Shown here piece after piece: positions 20,935-29,798 of a stretch of 64,000 bases of DNA. Made by a program: the position numbers and the translations under genes. The notes under the pieces were generated by a model that did no database searches, was not told where the DNA came from, and was given only the letters and a program-made list of their open reading frames with translations. This stretch comes from Firmicutes bacterium UBA4881 (GTDB lineage Bacteria; Bacillota; DTU065): the NCBI GenBank assembly GCA_002399235.1, contig DHDH01000016.1, positions 2,101 through 66,100 on the forward strand, given 5' to 3'. Position 1 is the first letter of the stretch. Every line of letters begins with the position of its first letter.

Positions 20935-22095
20935 ATGAGACAGTCAATTATCTGGGTGCTAGTTTTTATATTGGGGACTGCAGCTTTAGCTGGACCAGTA
21001 ATTAATTCTCCTACAGGTGTTTTGTTGGATGCCAGCAGTGGCCAAATCTTGTGGGGAAAAAGTAGCGAAGAAAAAAGGCATATGGCTAGTATGACTAAGA
21101 TTATGACTTTAATCATACTTCTCGAAGCCTTACAAGATGGCAAATTTACTTTGGAAGACAAAGTTACTGTTAGTGAAGAAGCTAAAAGGCAAGGTGGTTC
21201 ACAGATCTGGCTGGAGATGGGAGAAATGATGAGTGTTAAAGATTTATTGTATTCCTTAGCGGTAGGGTCTGCTAACGATTCGGCAGTAGCTATGGCTGAA
21301 TTTCATAGTGGTTCGGAAGCGGCTTTTGTCGAGAAAATGAATGCCAAAGCCTTAGAGATGGGATTAGTTAATACTCATTTTGTGAATTGTAATGGGTTAC
21401 CCGAGAAAAACCATCGAGTCCTAGAAGGCGATCACTACTCCACAGCTAATGATTTGGCTATTATGACCTACTATGCCTATAAGCTGCTTCTTTTTGCTGA
21501 ATTAGTATCAACATATGAGTATACAGTACGTCCAGGTCAAAAAGGTCAAGTCGTTCTTTATAATTATAATAAACTTTTTTTAAAAGGTTACCCTGGAGCA
21601 GATGGTGTTAAAACTGGTATGATTGAGGCAGCAGGTTATTGTCTGAGTGCTTCTGCGCTAAGAAATGGTCAACGCTTTGTCGCTGTTGTTCTAGGTGCCA
21701 AAAGTAACTCAGAACGATACAAAGATACTGTAAGTATCCTAGATTATGGTTTTAATAATTACCAGAGCGTATTATTAGCCAATAAAGATCTTCTCTTAAA
21801 TCAAATTGAGGTAAAACATGGACAAAAAACTAAAGTAGCTTTGTATCCCAAAGAAAATCTTAGTGTTACTCTGGAAAAAGGTAGTGACGCTAAACCAGAA
21901 GTTATTTTAGAAATTAAGCAGTATTTAAAAGCACCAGTCAAAAAAGGTGAATGTGTAGGTGTTTTGAAAGCTAAAGTAGGCGAGCAAATTGTCAATGAAG
22001 TTGATGTAATAATTGGTGAAGATATTAATAAAGCAACGTTTTATCAAGAAGTTTCCCGATCTTTTCTAAAATTAATGGGAATTAATAAAGATTAA
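20935..22095 (+). CDS. dacF: D-alanyl-D-alanine carboxypeptidase (DacF-like, sporulation-associated)
   Basis: Signal peptide. SxxK (ASMTK), SAN and KTG motifs. Directly upstream of spoIIAA-spoIIAB-sigF as in Bacillus. Confidence 0.8.
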   Translation: MRQSIIWVLVFILGTAALAGPVINSPTGVLLDASSGQILWGKSSEEKRHMASMTKIMTLIILLEALQDGKFTLEDKVTVSEEAKRQGGSQIWLEMGEMMSVKDLLYSLAVGSANDSAVAMAEFHSGSEAAFVEKMNAKALEMGLVNTHFVNCNGLPEKNHRVLEGDHYSTANDLAIMTYYAYKLLLFAELVSTYEYTVRPGQKGQVVLYNYNKLFLKGYPGADGVKTGMIEAAGYCLSASALRNGQRFVAVVLGAKSNSERYKDTVSILDYGFNNYQSVLLANKDLLLNQIEVKHGQKTKVALYPKENLSVTLEKGSDAKPEVILEIKQYLKAPVKKGECVGVLKAKVGEQIVNEVDVIIGEDINKATFYQEVSRSFLKLMGINKD

Positions 22096-22152
22096 GAAGG
22101 AATTTTGCCCCCAGGACAGAAAATCGTCACAAATAGCCTGGGGGTGAATTTT

Positions 22153-22479
22153 ATGTCAGTGCAGGTTGTTAAAGAAGGAACCACTTTGATCGCAAAAATA
22201 GCCGGTGATTTGGATATGGTTACAGGTAGTCAGCTAAAAAAGGAAGTTGATCAGAGATGGGATGAGTATGAAAAGCTCAACTGTCTTGTCCTTGATCTTT
22301 CACAAGTTAATTTTACCGATAGTACAGGTCTTGGCTCGATCTTAGGTCGTTATAAAAAAGTAAAAAGTCGCGATGGACGCATGGTTATTGTTGGTGCAAA
22401 GGGTGATGTAAAAGATGATTTGGATATTGCAGGAATTCTGAGACTCTGTGAGAACGAAAATAAGGAGAAGGGCGAGTAA
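22153..22479 (+). CDS. spoIIAA: anti-sigma-F factor antagonist SpoIIAA (STAS domain)
   Basis: About 108-aa STAS domain with the conserved phosphoserine context (DSTGLG). RBS GGGGGTGAA. Confidence 0.85.
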   Translation: MSVQVVKEGTTLIAKIAGDLDMVTGSQLKKEVDQRWDEYEKLNCLVLDLSQVNFTDSTGLGSILGRYKKVKSRDGRMVIVGAKGDVKDDLDIAGILRLCENENKEKGE

Positions 22480-22560
22480 CTAAGTTAATATTTCTAAAAT
22501 TTCCTCAAGATTATTGTGAGGGGAGGAAGGCACTCTTTTAATTAAGGTGCTAGAGACCAA

Positions 22561-22995
22561 ATGACAGAAAATAATGAACTTTATATTCGGTTTCCAAGTT
22601 TGCCAGTCAATATAGCTTTTGCTCGTTCAACTGTAGCTGCGTTTGCTGTTCAAATCGATTCTTTTACCGAGGCAGAATATAATGAAATTAGAAAAGCAGT
22701 ATCTGAAGCAGTTTCTAACTGTGTCCAGCACGCTTATCCTAACGCCCCAGGTTTTGTTGAAATTAGTGTTTACATTGAAAAAAGTATTCTAAAAATAGTC
22801 GTTGAGGATCAAGGTGTAGGCATAGAAGATATTGATTTAGCAAAAGAAAGCGAATATACAACCATCCCTGGTGAAAACCTAGGCCTTGGCTTTGATTTCA
22901 TGGCAGCTTGCATGAATGAGATAAAAATTGATTCACAAATGGGCAAAGGGACTAAGATCACTATGATTAAAATCCCTGAAAAACAAGATGCCTAG
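22561..22995 (+). CDS. spoIIAB: anti-sigma-F factor SpoIIAB (GHKL serine kinase)
   Basis: 144 aa with the HATPase_c N-box (EAVSNCVQHAY) and G-boxes. Confidence 0.85.
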   Translation: MTENNELYIRFPSLPVNIAFARSTVAAFAVQIDSFTEAEYNEIRKAVSEAVSNCVQHAYPNAPGFVEISVYIEKSILKIVVEDQGVGIEDIDLAKESEYTTIPGENLGLGFDFMAACMNEIKIDSQMGKGTKITMIKIPEKQDA

Positions 22996-23683
22996 CGATA
23001 TTCTGCTGCTTGCCAAGGCTATAAAAGGAGATAAAGAAGCTAGAGAACAGTTTTTGGAAGAAAACAAAGGCCTAGTTTTTTACATTGCCAAGAGATTTTC
23101 TGAAGAAGAAAACGAAGATCTGGTTCAAGCAGGTTTTATTGGGTTAATTAAAGCGCTAGACAATTTTAACCCCGATCTAGGAACAGCTTTTTCTACCTAT
23201 GCTGTGCCTCTGATTATGGGCGAAATCAAAGAATGTCTCAGAAAAGAAAAACAAGTTAACCTTGGAAGAAGAGGTCGGGATCTTTACTTAAGATATCGCG
23301 AGCTAAGTGAAGCTTTAGTGAAAGAACAAGGAAAGGAACTTCCTCTTTCTCAAATCGCTGAGATGTTAGGGGTAGATCGAGAGGAATTAGTCTATGCTTT
23401 AGAAGCAGCAAGGACTCCTAAATCGCTTGATGAAACAATAGATGAGGATAATAAGCTAATACTCAGAGATCTTATAGAAAGCAGGGATGATAGTAAAGAT
23501 ACGCGAATTTTAATTAATGAATTACTAGAATCTCTTGATGAACGAAGTCGGTATATAGTTATTCAGAGATTTTTTGCAGAGAAGACCCAGGTGGAGTTAG
23601 CTGCAGAATTACAAGTTTCCCAAGCTCAGATCTGTCGCATTGAAAAAAAAGCCTTAAAGAAGCTGCAACAATTTTTGCTCTAG
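22988..23683 (+). CDS. sigF: RNA polymerase sporulation sigma factor sigma-F
   Basis: 231 aa with sigma-70 regions 2-4. Third gene of the spoIIA operon. Confidence 0.85.
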   Translation: MPSDILLLAKAIKGDKEAREQFLEENKGLVFYIAKRFSEEENEDLVQAGFIGLIKALDNFNPDLGTAFSTYAVPLIMGEIKECLRKEKQVNLGRRGRDLYLRYRELSEALVKEQGKELPLSQIAEMLGVDREELVYALEAARTPKSLDETIDEDNKLILRDLIESRDDSKDTRILINELLESLDERSRYIVIQRFFAEKTQVELAAELQVSQAQICRIEKKALKKLQQFLL

Positions 23684-23867
23684 GTTTTTTACTAGCCTTT
23701 TGAAGTAAAAATAAGATCTAGTAAAAAAAGCTTCTTTTTTGAGGAATAACACTAAATAATTAAGCTTCCAAAACCTATAGTGGTTAAAATTTCTATTAGG
23801 ATTTGTTTCGTTTAATGGAGAATCTAATTATCTGTTTGTGTCTAAAGGTCCAAGGGAGAGGATATTT

Positions 23868-24680
23868 TTGATCGATTTACACTTGCATACTACTTACTCT
23901 GATGGTACTCGCACTCCTAAGGAACTAGTTTTTGCTACTAGATATTTTGAGGCTATAGCGATCACCGATCATGACACTATAGGTGGGATAGATGAAGCCC
24001 AAGCAGCGGCTTTAGAGGCGGGTTGGGCTCTTAATGTCCTTCCGGGAATTGAGCTAAGTGCAGTTCTCGCCGATACGGAAGTGCATATTTTAGGTTATGG
24101 TATCGATTACTGTTCGGAAGTTTTATTAAAGAAGTTAAGTTGTTTAAGTCAGGAAAGAGAAGACAGGATAGCCGAGATGGTGGACAAGCTAACAAAATTA
24201 GGTTATCCGCTTTCCTTAGATGACTTACCCGTAACTGGGATTCCTGGTCGAGCCCATGTAGCACGAGCGATGGTGAAAAAAAGTTATGTTAGCAGTGTGA
24301 GTGAAGCGTTCCAAAGATTTTTAAATCCTGGGAAACCTGGTTATGTACCAAGGAGTAAGCTTAGCCCCACAGAAGCAGTAGAACTTATTCACCAAGCAAA
24401 AGGAGTTGCAGTGGTTGCCCATCCGGGATTAATTAACTTGGAATTCACCAAAGAAACCTTAAAAATAATTCCAGTAGATGGTTTGGAAGCTTATCACTCC
24501 GCTCACCAGAAAGAAGAAACTACTTTTTTTATCAACTTTGCTCGAGAGAATAATCTCTTAATCACAGGTGGTTCTGATTGCCACGGTCCACATGGTAAAG
24601 ACAAAGAGCTATTAGGTTCTATAGATCTTCCTTCCCAATACTATGAGCAACTTCTAAATTGCATGGGTTTTATTCCCTAA
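23868..24680 (+). CDS. PHP-domain phosphoesterase (TrpH/YciV-like)
   Basis: IDLHLHTTYSDG motif and the HD...H ligands. TTG start preferred, after RBS AAGGGAGAGG. The GTG at 23838 is an alternative. Confidence 0.7.
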   Translation: MIDLHLHTTYSDGTRTPKELVFATRYFEAIAITDHDTIGGIDEAQAAALEAGWALNVLPGIELSAVLADTEVHILGYGIDYCSEVLLKKLSCLSQEREDRIAEMVDKLTKLGYPLSLDDLPVTGIPGRAHVARAMVKKSYVSSVSEAFQRFLNPGKPGYVPRSKLSPTEAVELIHQAKGVAVVAHPGLINLEFTKETLKIIPVDGLEAYHSAHQKEETTFFINFARENNLLITGGSDCHGPHGKDKELLGSIDLPSQYYEQLLNCMGFIP

Positions 24681-24782
24681 AGGGTTGCGAGATCTATATA
24701 GAGAAATGCCTTTCCCAGGGATATTGTTTAAGCCTTCTAAAAATTCGCTTAGTTTAGAGGAGCTTTGAAGGGGAGCGGGCAG

Positions 24783-25310
24783 ATGTCTCACGACTTGATA
24801 CGTCTTAGGCAGCCAATTAAGGATGATCTAGTTCATTTTCTTAGCTGGAGCAAAGATGAGGAATTGCGACACTTAATGGGTTGGGAGTATCCCAACTGCG
24901 AAGATGAAATGACAGCTTGGCTCTTTAATAAGAACCAAAATAGAGATCGGCGTTTTTACATTATTGAATTAGCTGGTAAGCCCATAGGTGATATCGAATT
25001 ATGTAATATTTCGTGGCGCAGTGGACAGGCTGAAATAAAGATCTGCATTGCTAACAAAGAATACTGGGGACAAGGCCTAGGAAAGAGAGCATTGGAAATA
25101 ATTCTTAAAGAAGCTTTTGAAACATTTGAGCTAAGTGAAGTATACCTTCGGGTCTATGCTTTTAATCAAAGAGCTGTACATTGCTATGAAAAGGTAGGCT
25201 TTAACTTAAGAGGGATTCTTAAGCGCCGTGATCCTAATTGGCAAGAAATCTGGCTGATGTCCCTAAACAAAAACCACTATAAAAGAAGCAGATCTCTTAT
25301 GGGAGCTTAA
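24783..25310 (+). CDS. GNAT family N-acetyltransferase (RimJ/RimL-like)
   Basis: Acetyl-CoA-binding motif (WGQGLGKRALE). RBS GGGGAG. Confidence 0.7.
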   Translation: MSHDLIRLRQPIKDDLVHFLSWSKDEELRHLMGWEYPNCEDEMTAWLFNKNQNRDRRFYIIELAGKPIGDIELCNISWRSGQAEIKICIANKEYWGQGLGKRALEIILKEAFETFELSEVYLRVYAFNQRAVHCYEKVGFNLRGILKRRDPNWQEIWLMSLNKNHYKRSRSLMGA

Positions 25311-25362
25311 TTTTACTGGCAAAGTTCAGCCAGTAACCTAGCGCCCTATTGGGGGTCAGATA

Positions 25363-26928
25363 ATGTTAAAGAGAATGTTCTGGTTTTGTTGTCTACTGTT
25401 TTGGTGTGCCCACATGGCTTTTAGTAGTACCATAGCTTTGGTACCACTGGATTCAAGACCAGCTAATACTTACTCACCACAGATGATAGGTTCGATGGCT
25501 GGATTTAAGGTCATTATGCCCAATAGTCTTGATTATTTTAAAAGACCAGGTGATTGTGAAGCCACAGCAAACTGGCTATTAGAAACGGATGCCGATTGTT
25601 ATATTGTCTCTATTTCTCAACTCTGCTACGGCAGTTTGATCTCTTCGAGAATAAGTGATGTTTCTATAGACAAAGCTCTAGAAAGATTGCAAACACTGCG
25701 TAGATTACGTGAAAGAAATCCTCAGAAACCAATCTATGTATTTGATACAATTCAACGTTTAGCTATCACTACCACAGATAGCTATTCAGCAAGATATTAT
25801 AGTGCGGTACACAATTGGGCGATACTTAAAGATGAAGTGGAAAATCTCGGTAGGCTCAATAAAAAGGAAGAATTAGAAGCCCTCGAACTACAAATTCCTT
25901 ATGAGATTATAGAAGATTACTTAAAAGCAAGAGAAAGGAATCACACTATTAACAAAGTTTTAATTGATATGCTACATGAAGGCGTAATCGATTATTTAGT
26001 CTTAGCACAAGATGATGCTTCTTTAACAGGCTTGCATCGAGCAGAACGAGAGGTACTGCGAGATAAAATTATTGATCTAGGTTTAGGGAATAAAGCGACA
26101 ATATTTCCTGGTGCCGATGAGGTTGGTGTCACTTTAGTCAGTCGTTTCATCTGTAGTTTTTTAGATATGCAACCTACCTTAACGGTAACTTATCGAGGTA
26201 TAGATGGTAATAAATGGGTAGCGCCTTTAGAAGATATTACTTTTGCGGAGAATATTAGAAGACATGTAGAGGCAGCGGGAGGTCGTTTAGCACCTGTAGG
26301 CGAGATTAAGTTCTATGTAGCTACGCCCGGCGGTGACTCAGAAGCTTTCACAAATTTAATCCAAGAAGAATTAAATACTGGTAAAAAAGTAGTTGTTTGT
26401 GATGTAGCGAACATAAATAGAGCAGAACCAGAATTGTTTCGAGCTTTACTGAGTAATATCGAAATAAAAAATCTCACCGGTTTTGCTGGTTGGAATACTG
26501 CGGGTAACACTCTAGGCTTAGCTTTAGGCCAAGGAATAGCATCAATAGCTAGAGAAAAGCTTTCAGGGGAAGAAAAGCAACTAGCAGAAGAAGCACATTT
26601 TGCATATTTGCTAAGCCGATTAGCTAAAGACTATTATTATAAAACTCTGTTAAGAGGCTCTATGGAATCTTGGGCTTCTTCGCGTGGTTATGATCCACAT
26701 AATCTACCTCTAGATTCATTAACACAAGTCGAAAAATATCTACAAGAAAGAATGCAACCCTATCTAAGCCAGCTATATAATTACTTTTCTGGACAAGTAG
26801 TTGGCAATAGTTACCTACCTAAAGAGATCTCTTGGCAGGTTCATTTAGTCTGGCCTAGGTTTTTTGAAATAGCCATAGAACCGGAGATTCAATTAGCAGA
26901 TCCTATTTTAGGGTTAGAAAATAATTAA
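25363..26928 (+). CDS. conserved secreted hypothetical protein (possibly DUF4127 family)
   Basis: 521 aa with an N-terminal hydrophobic signal. Only 50 nt separate its stop from the start of the Ompalpha-like gene. Confidence 0.5.
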   Translation: MLKRMFWFCCLLFWCAHMAFSSTIALVPLDSRPANTYSPQMIGSMAGFKVIMPNSLDYFKRPGDCEATANWLLETDADCYIVSISQLCYGSLISSRISDVSIDKALERLQTLRRLRERNPQKPIYVFDTIQRLAITTTDSYSARYYSAVHNWAILKDEVENLGRLNKKEELEALELQIPYEIIEDYLKARERNHTINKVLIDMLHEGVIDYLVLAQDDASLTGLHRAEREVLRDKIIDLGLGNKATIFPGADEVGVTLVSRFICSFLDMQPTLTVTYRGIDGNKWVAPLEDITFAENIRRHVEAAGGRLAPVGEIKFYVATPGGDSEAFTNLIQEELNTGKKVVVCDVANINRAEPELFRALLSNIEIKNLTGFAGWNTAGNTLGLALGQGIASIAREKLSGEEKQLAEEAHFAYLLSRLAKDYYYKTLLRGSMESWASSRGYDPHNLPLDSLTQVEKYLQERMQPYLSQLYNYFSGQVVGNSYLPKEISWQVHLVWPRFFEIAIEPEIQLADPILGLENN

Positions 26929-26982
26929 CAAGTGAAAGGAGGGATGGTTCAAAATAGCCTAACCTGTTTTGAACCAATTAAT

Positions 26983-27666
26983 ATGAAAAGAATGTTGCTT
27001 ATTACAACTTTGCTACTTGCTATTTTATCTATTTCAGTTGGAGCAGCTACACCACCAAAGGATGTACCTAAGAACCACTGGGCTTATCAAGCAATATTAA
27101 AAGTTCTAGATAGTGGTTTAATGGAAGGGTATCCAGATAGCACTTTTCGCGGACAACAGTCTGTTGACCGCTATGAAATGGCAGTTATGGTGGCCAGACT
27201 TATCGACACTTTAGAGGGGATAGAAAAAGAGTATACTGCAAAATTAGAGAAGGCTACTAAAACATCAGCTCCAGTATCTGCTCTGCCACAACAAGATAAC
27301 CCAATGATCCAAGAAGTGCTGTCGTTAATTAGCCAATTACAGGTGGAATTTGAAACAGAACTAAAAGAGATAAACGATCGCTATTATACGATTAAACTAG
27401 ATTATGGTAAATTGGAAGAGGCTTTGCAAAATTTAGAATCGGGGCAACAAAGTTTAGCTAGAAGAATTGATTATCAACAGCTAGAAATAGATGATGTTAG
27501 GCAAAGAATGGCTTCGATTAACGATACTCGTAATGAAGTCGATTCGTTACGCAAAGAAGTAGCTAGCTTGAAAAAAGAAACTACTCAGCAAGCAAAATCT
27601 ATTAAAAGTCTTTATATAGCTCTTGGCGTTATGGGTGCTGTAGTTTTATTGGTTGGTCTAAAATAA
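26983..27666 (+). CDS. Ompalpha-like envelope protein 1: signal peptide, one SLH domain, coiled coil, C-terminal membrane anchor
   Basis: SLH motif (HWAYQAILKVL...GYPDSTFRG...DRYEMAVMVARL). Heptad-rich segment of about 130 aa. C-terminal LYIALGVMGAVVLLVGLK. ATG start at 26983; an upstream GTG at 26932 is possible. Confidence 0.65.
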   Translation: MKRMLLITTLLLAILSISVGAATPPKDVPKNHWAYQAILKVLDSGLMEGYPDSTFRGQQSVDRYEMAVMVARLIDTLEGIEKEYTAKLEKATKTSAPVSALPQQDNPMIQEVLSLISQLQVEFETELKEINDRYYTIKLDYGKLEEALQNLESGQQSLARRIDYQQLEIDDVRQRMASINDTRNEVDSLRKEVASLKKETTQQAKSIKSLYIALGVMGAVVLLVGLK

Positions 27667-27806
27667 ATCTCTTTTTAACTTAAGTTATTAAACTCAAAAA
27701 AAGAGCTGCTTATTCAATTTGAATAGCTGCTCGTAGAGTAGACAGTGAGAATAGTATAATACTCTTAATAGCATCAATCGAGAGATTGATGCTATTTTAC
27801 ACTAGA

Positions 27807-28019
27807 TTACGGATTGACCTTATGTTCCTTTGCTATCTGTTCTTTACCTTTCTTCCCTTCTAAGTATTTTGTAACAGCAGATATCTTTTGCTCATATGGA
27901 ACTGTCGGTTTTCTGCCCCAATAAAAATGCTCCTTATGATCAACAGTTTTGTAAATTCCACTGTCTACCACAAAGGGAGCATAGCAATTTTTACATTTTA
28001 ATGTAACTGTAAAAGTCTT
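27807..28019 (-). pseudogene. IS3-family OrfA-like transposase N-terminal relic (no intact start, truncated)
   Basis: Minus-strand frame encodes ...RKPTVPYEQKISAVTKYLEGKKGKEQIAKEHKVNP*, matching the IS3 OrfA HTH pattern (Y-E-x-K-x-x-A-V-x-x-Y-L-x-G). No ATG start and no downstream transposase body. Confidence 0.3.
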
Positions 28020-28040
28020 TCATAGTCTGATTAATGGTGT

Positions 28041-29492
28041 TTAACGAAGTACTACCTTAATTGTTTCTAGTGTAGAGTCTTGAGGCCCTTGGACAGGTAG
28101 ATTATATTTAATAGCATCTTTAATATAATCTAAGCTAGTGCGATTAATAACTTCGCCAGGCATCAAAATAGGAATTCCTGGTGGATAAGCCATCACTAAC
28201 TCTTTACAAATTCTCCCTAACGATGATTCAAGGGGGACTGATTCACCTAGGGTGTAAAAAGCTTCTCTAGGAGAAAGTGCTAGTTCAGGAGTTTCTGGCA
28301 ATTGCACTGGAAAATCAGGTACTTTAACCCAGGCTTCGCTTTCCCGAGCAAGCTCCATAAAAGCTTTCACTAATGCTCCAACAGTTTCTTCATTATCACC
28401 AATACTAATAACGCACAGAACATTATATAAATCGCTAAGTTCTACTTCAATATTATAAGTACTTCTTAACCAGTTATCGACCTCATGTCCTGTATGACCT
28501 AAATCTTTAACATGAATAAGCAGTTTGGTAGGGTCGTAGGCATATACTTTAGAGCCGACCAAATCTTGTCCAGGACAATATAATCCAGGAAATGTATTTA
28601 TAGCTCTACGAGCATTTTCGGCTAAACTCATAGTGCGTTCTAGAAGCTCATGACCATTTGTTGCCAAGAAACGTCTCGCAGCATCCAAAGATGCCAAAAG
28701 TAGATAGGAAGTTGAGGTGGTGGTAAGTAAACTCATAACAGTTTTAACCCTATCGGGAGAAACAAGATTACCTTTTAAATTTAATACTGAACTTTGGACA
28801 AGCGAGCCCCCTAACTTGTGCACGCTTGTTGCAGCTAAGTCTGCTCCTGCTTGCATAGCGGAAAGAGGTAGATCCTCGTGAAATCTGATATGGATCCCGT
28901 GAGCTTCATCAACGAGGACGGGTACATTTTTCTCATGAGCAATTGTAACGATTTTTTCTAAATCAGTAGCAAATCCATAATAGGTTGGATTAATTACTAA
29001 AACACCTTTAGCATCAGGGTGTTCCTCTAAAGCTTCACGCACTGACTCCGGAGTAATTCCATGGGCTATACCTAACTTTTCGTCGATAACAGGGGTTAAA
29101 AATACTGGGCGAGCGCCAGAAAGAATTAACCCAGTAACCACAGCACGATGAATATTCCGTGGAACAATTATTTTATCGCCAGGATCAGCAACCGACAAGA
29201 TCATAGCTTGGATAGCACCACTAGTACCTTGAACAGAAAAAAAGGTGCGATCAGCTAAAAAGGCTTCGGCGGCTAAATCCTGTGCCTCTTTGATAATACC
29301 ATGTGGGTTGTGAAGATCATCTAGAGGTGGAATATTAATCAGGTCAATCGATAAGGCATTGAAACCGAAAAAGTCGCGGAACTCCGGATCCATACCAGTG
29401 CCTCGTTTGTGTCCAGGAATATGAAATTGTAAAGGTTTGGATGCAGCGTACTCACGGAGTGCAGTGAATAATGGAGTTTCCTGTTGTTTCAA
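28041..29492 (-). CDS. Orn/Lys/Arg decarboxylase family PLP enzyme (SpeA/LdcA-like)
   Basis: 483 aa with major-domain motifs (FSVQGTSGA, SVHKLGG). Confidence 0.8.
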   Translation of the reverse strand: MKQQETPLFTALREYAASKPLQFHIPGHKRGTGMDPEFRDFFGFNALSIDLINIPPLDDLHNPHGIIKEAQDLAAEAFLADRTFFSVQGTSGAIQAMILSVADPGDKIIVPRNIHRAVVTGLILSGARPVFLTPVIDEKLGIAHGITPESVREALEEHPDAKGVLVINPTYYGFATDLEKIVTIAHEKNVPVLVDEAHGIHIRFHEDLPLSAMQAGADLAATSVHKLGGSLVQSSVLNLKGNLVSPDRVKTVMSLLTTTSTSYLLLASLDAARRFLATNGHELLERTMSLAENARRAINTFPGLYCPGQDLVGSKVYAYDPTKLLIHVKDLGHTGHEVDNWLRSTYNIEVELSDLYNVLCVISIGDNEETVGALVKAFMELARESEAWVKVPDFPVQLPETPELALSPREAFYTLGESVPLESSLGRICKELVMAYPPGIPILMPGEVINRTSLDYIKDAIKYNLPVQGPQDSTLETIKVVLR

Positions 29493-29776
29493 GACCTTCT
29501 CCTCTTCTCTTATTATATTCAGGACACTTTTTGGGGGTTCTGTCCCACTTGAAGTATACTAAACCATGATCGGATGTCAAGAATGTAATTCCCAAAAATA
29601 TTTTTTCTTTTTGTTCTTTAAGGCTTGACGTCTTATAAACACTGCTAAATGGACAAGGAATCTATATTTGCTTTGTCGAAAAGTCAAGAAGAACATATTT
29701 TCCGTTGAATTCTTTTTCGGCGTAAGTTAGGACCTGTAAAATATCATTTTTCTATTTACTGTCAAGGAGGTGGCAA

Positions 29777-29792
29777 GCCTGCAATTGCAGGC
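29777..29792 (+). promoter_or_regulatory. perfect 16-bp palindrome GCCTGCAATTGCAGGC between the Shine-Dalgarno sequence (29764..29772) and the exbB ATG (29799)
   Basis: Direct sequence reading. Could act as an RNA hairpin bridging SD and AUG, or as a protein operator. Confidence 0.4.
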
Positions 29793-29798
29793 GTTATT

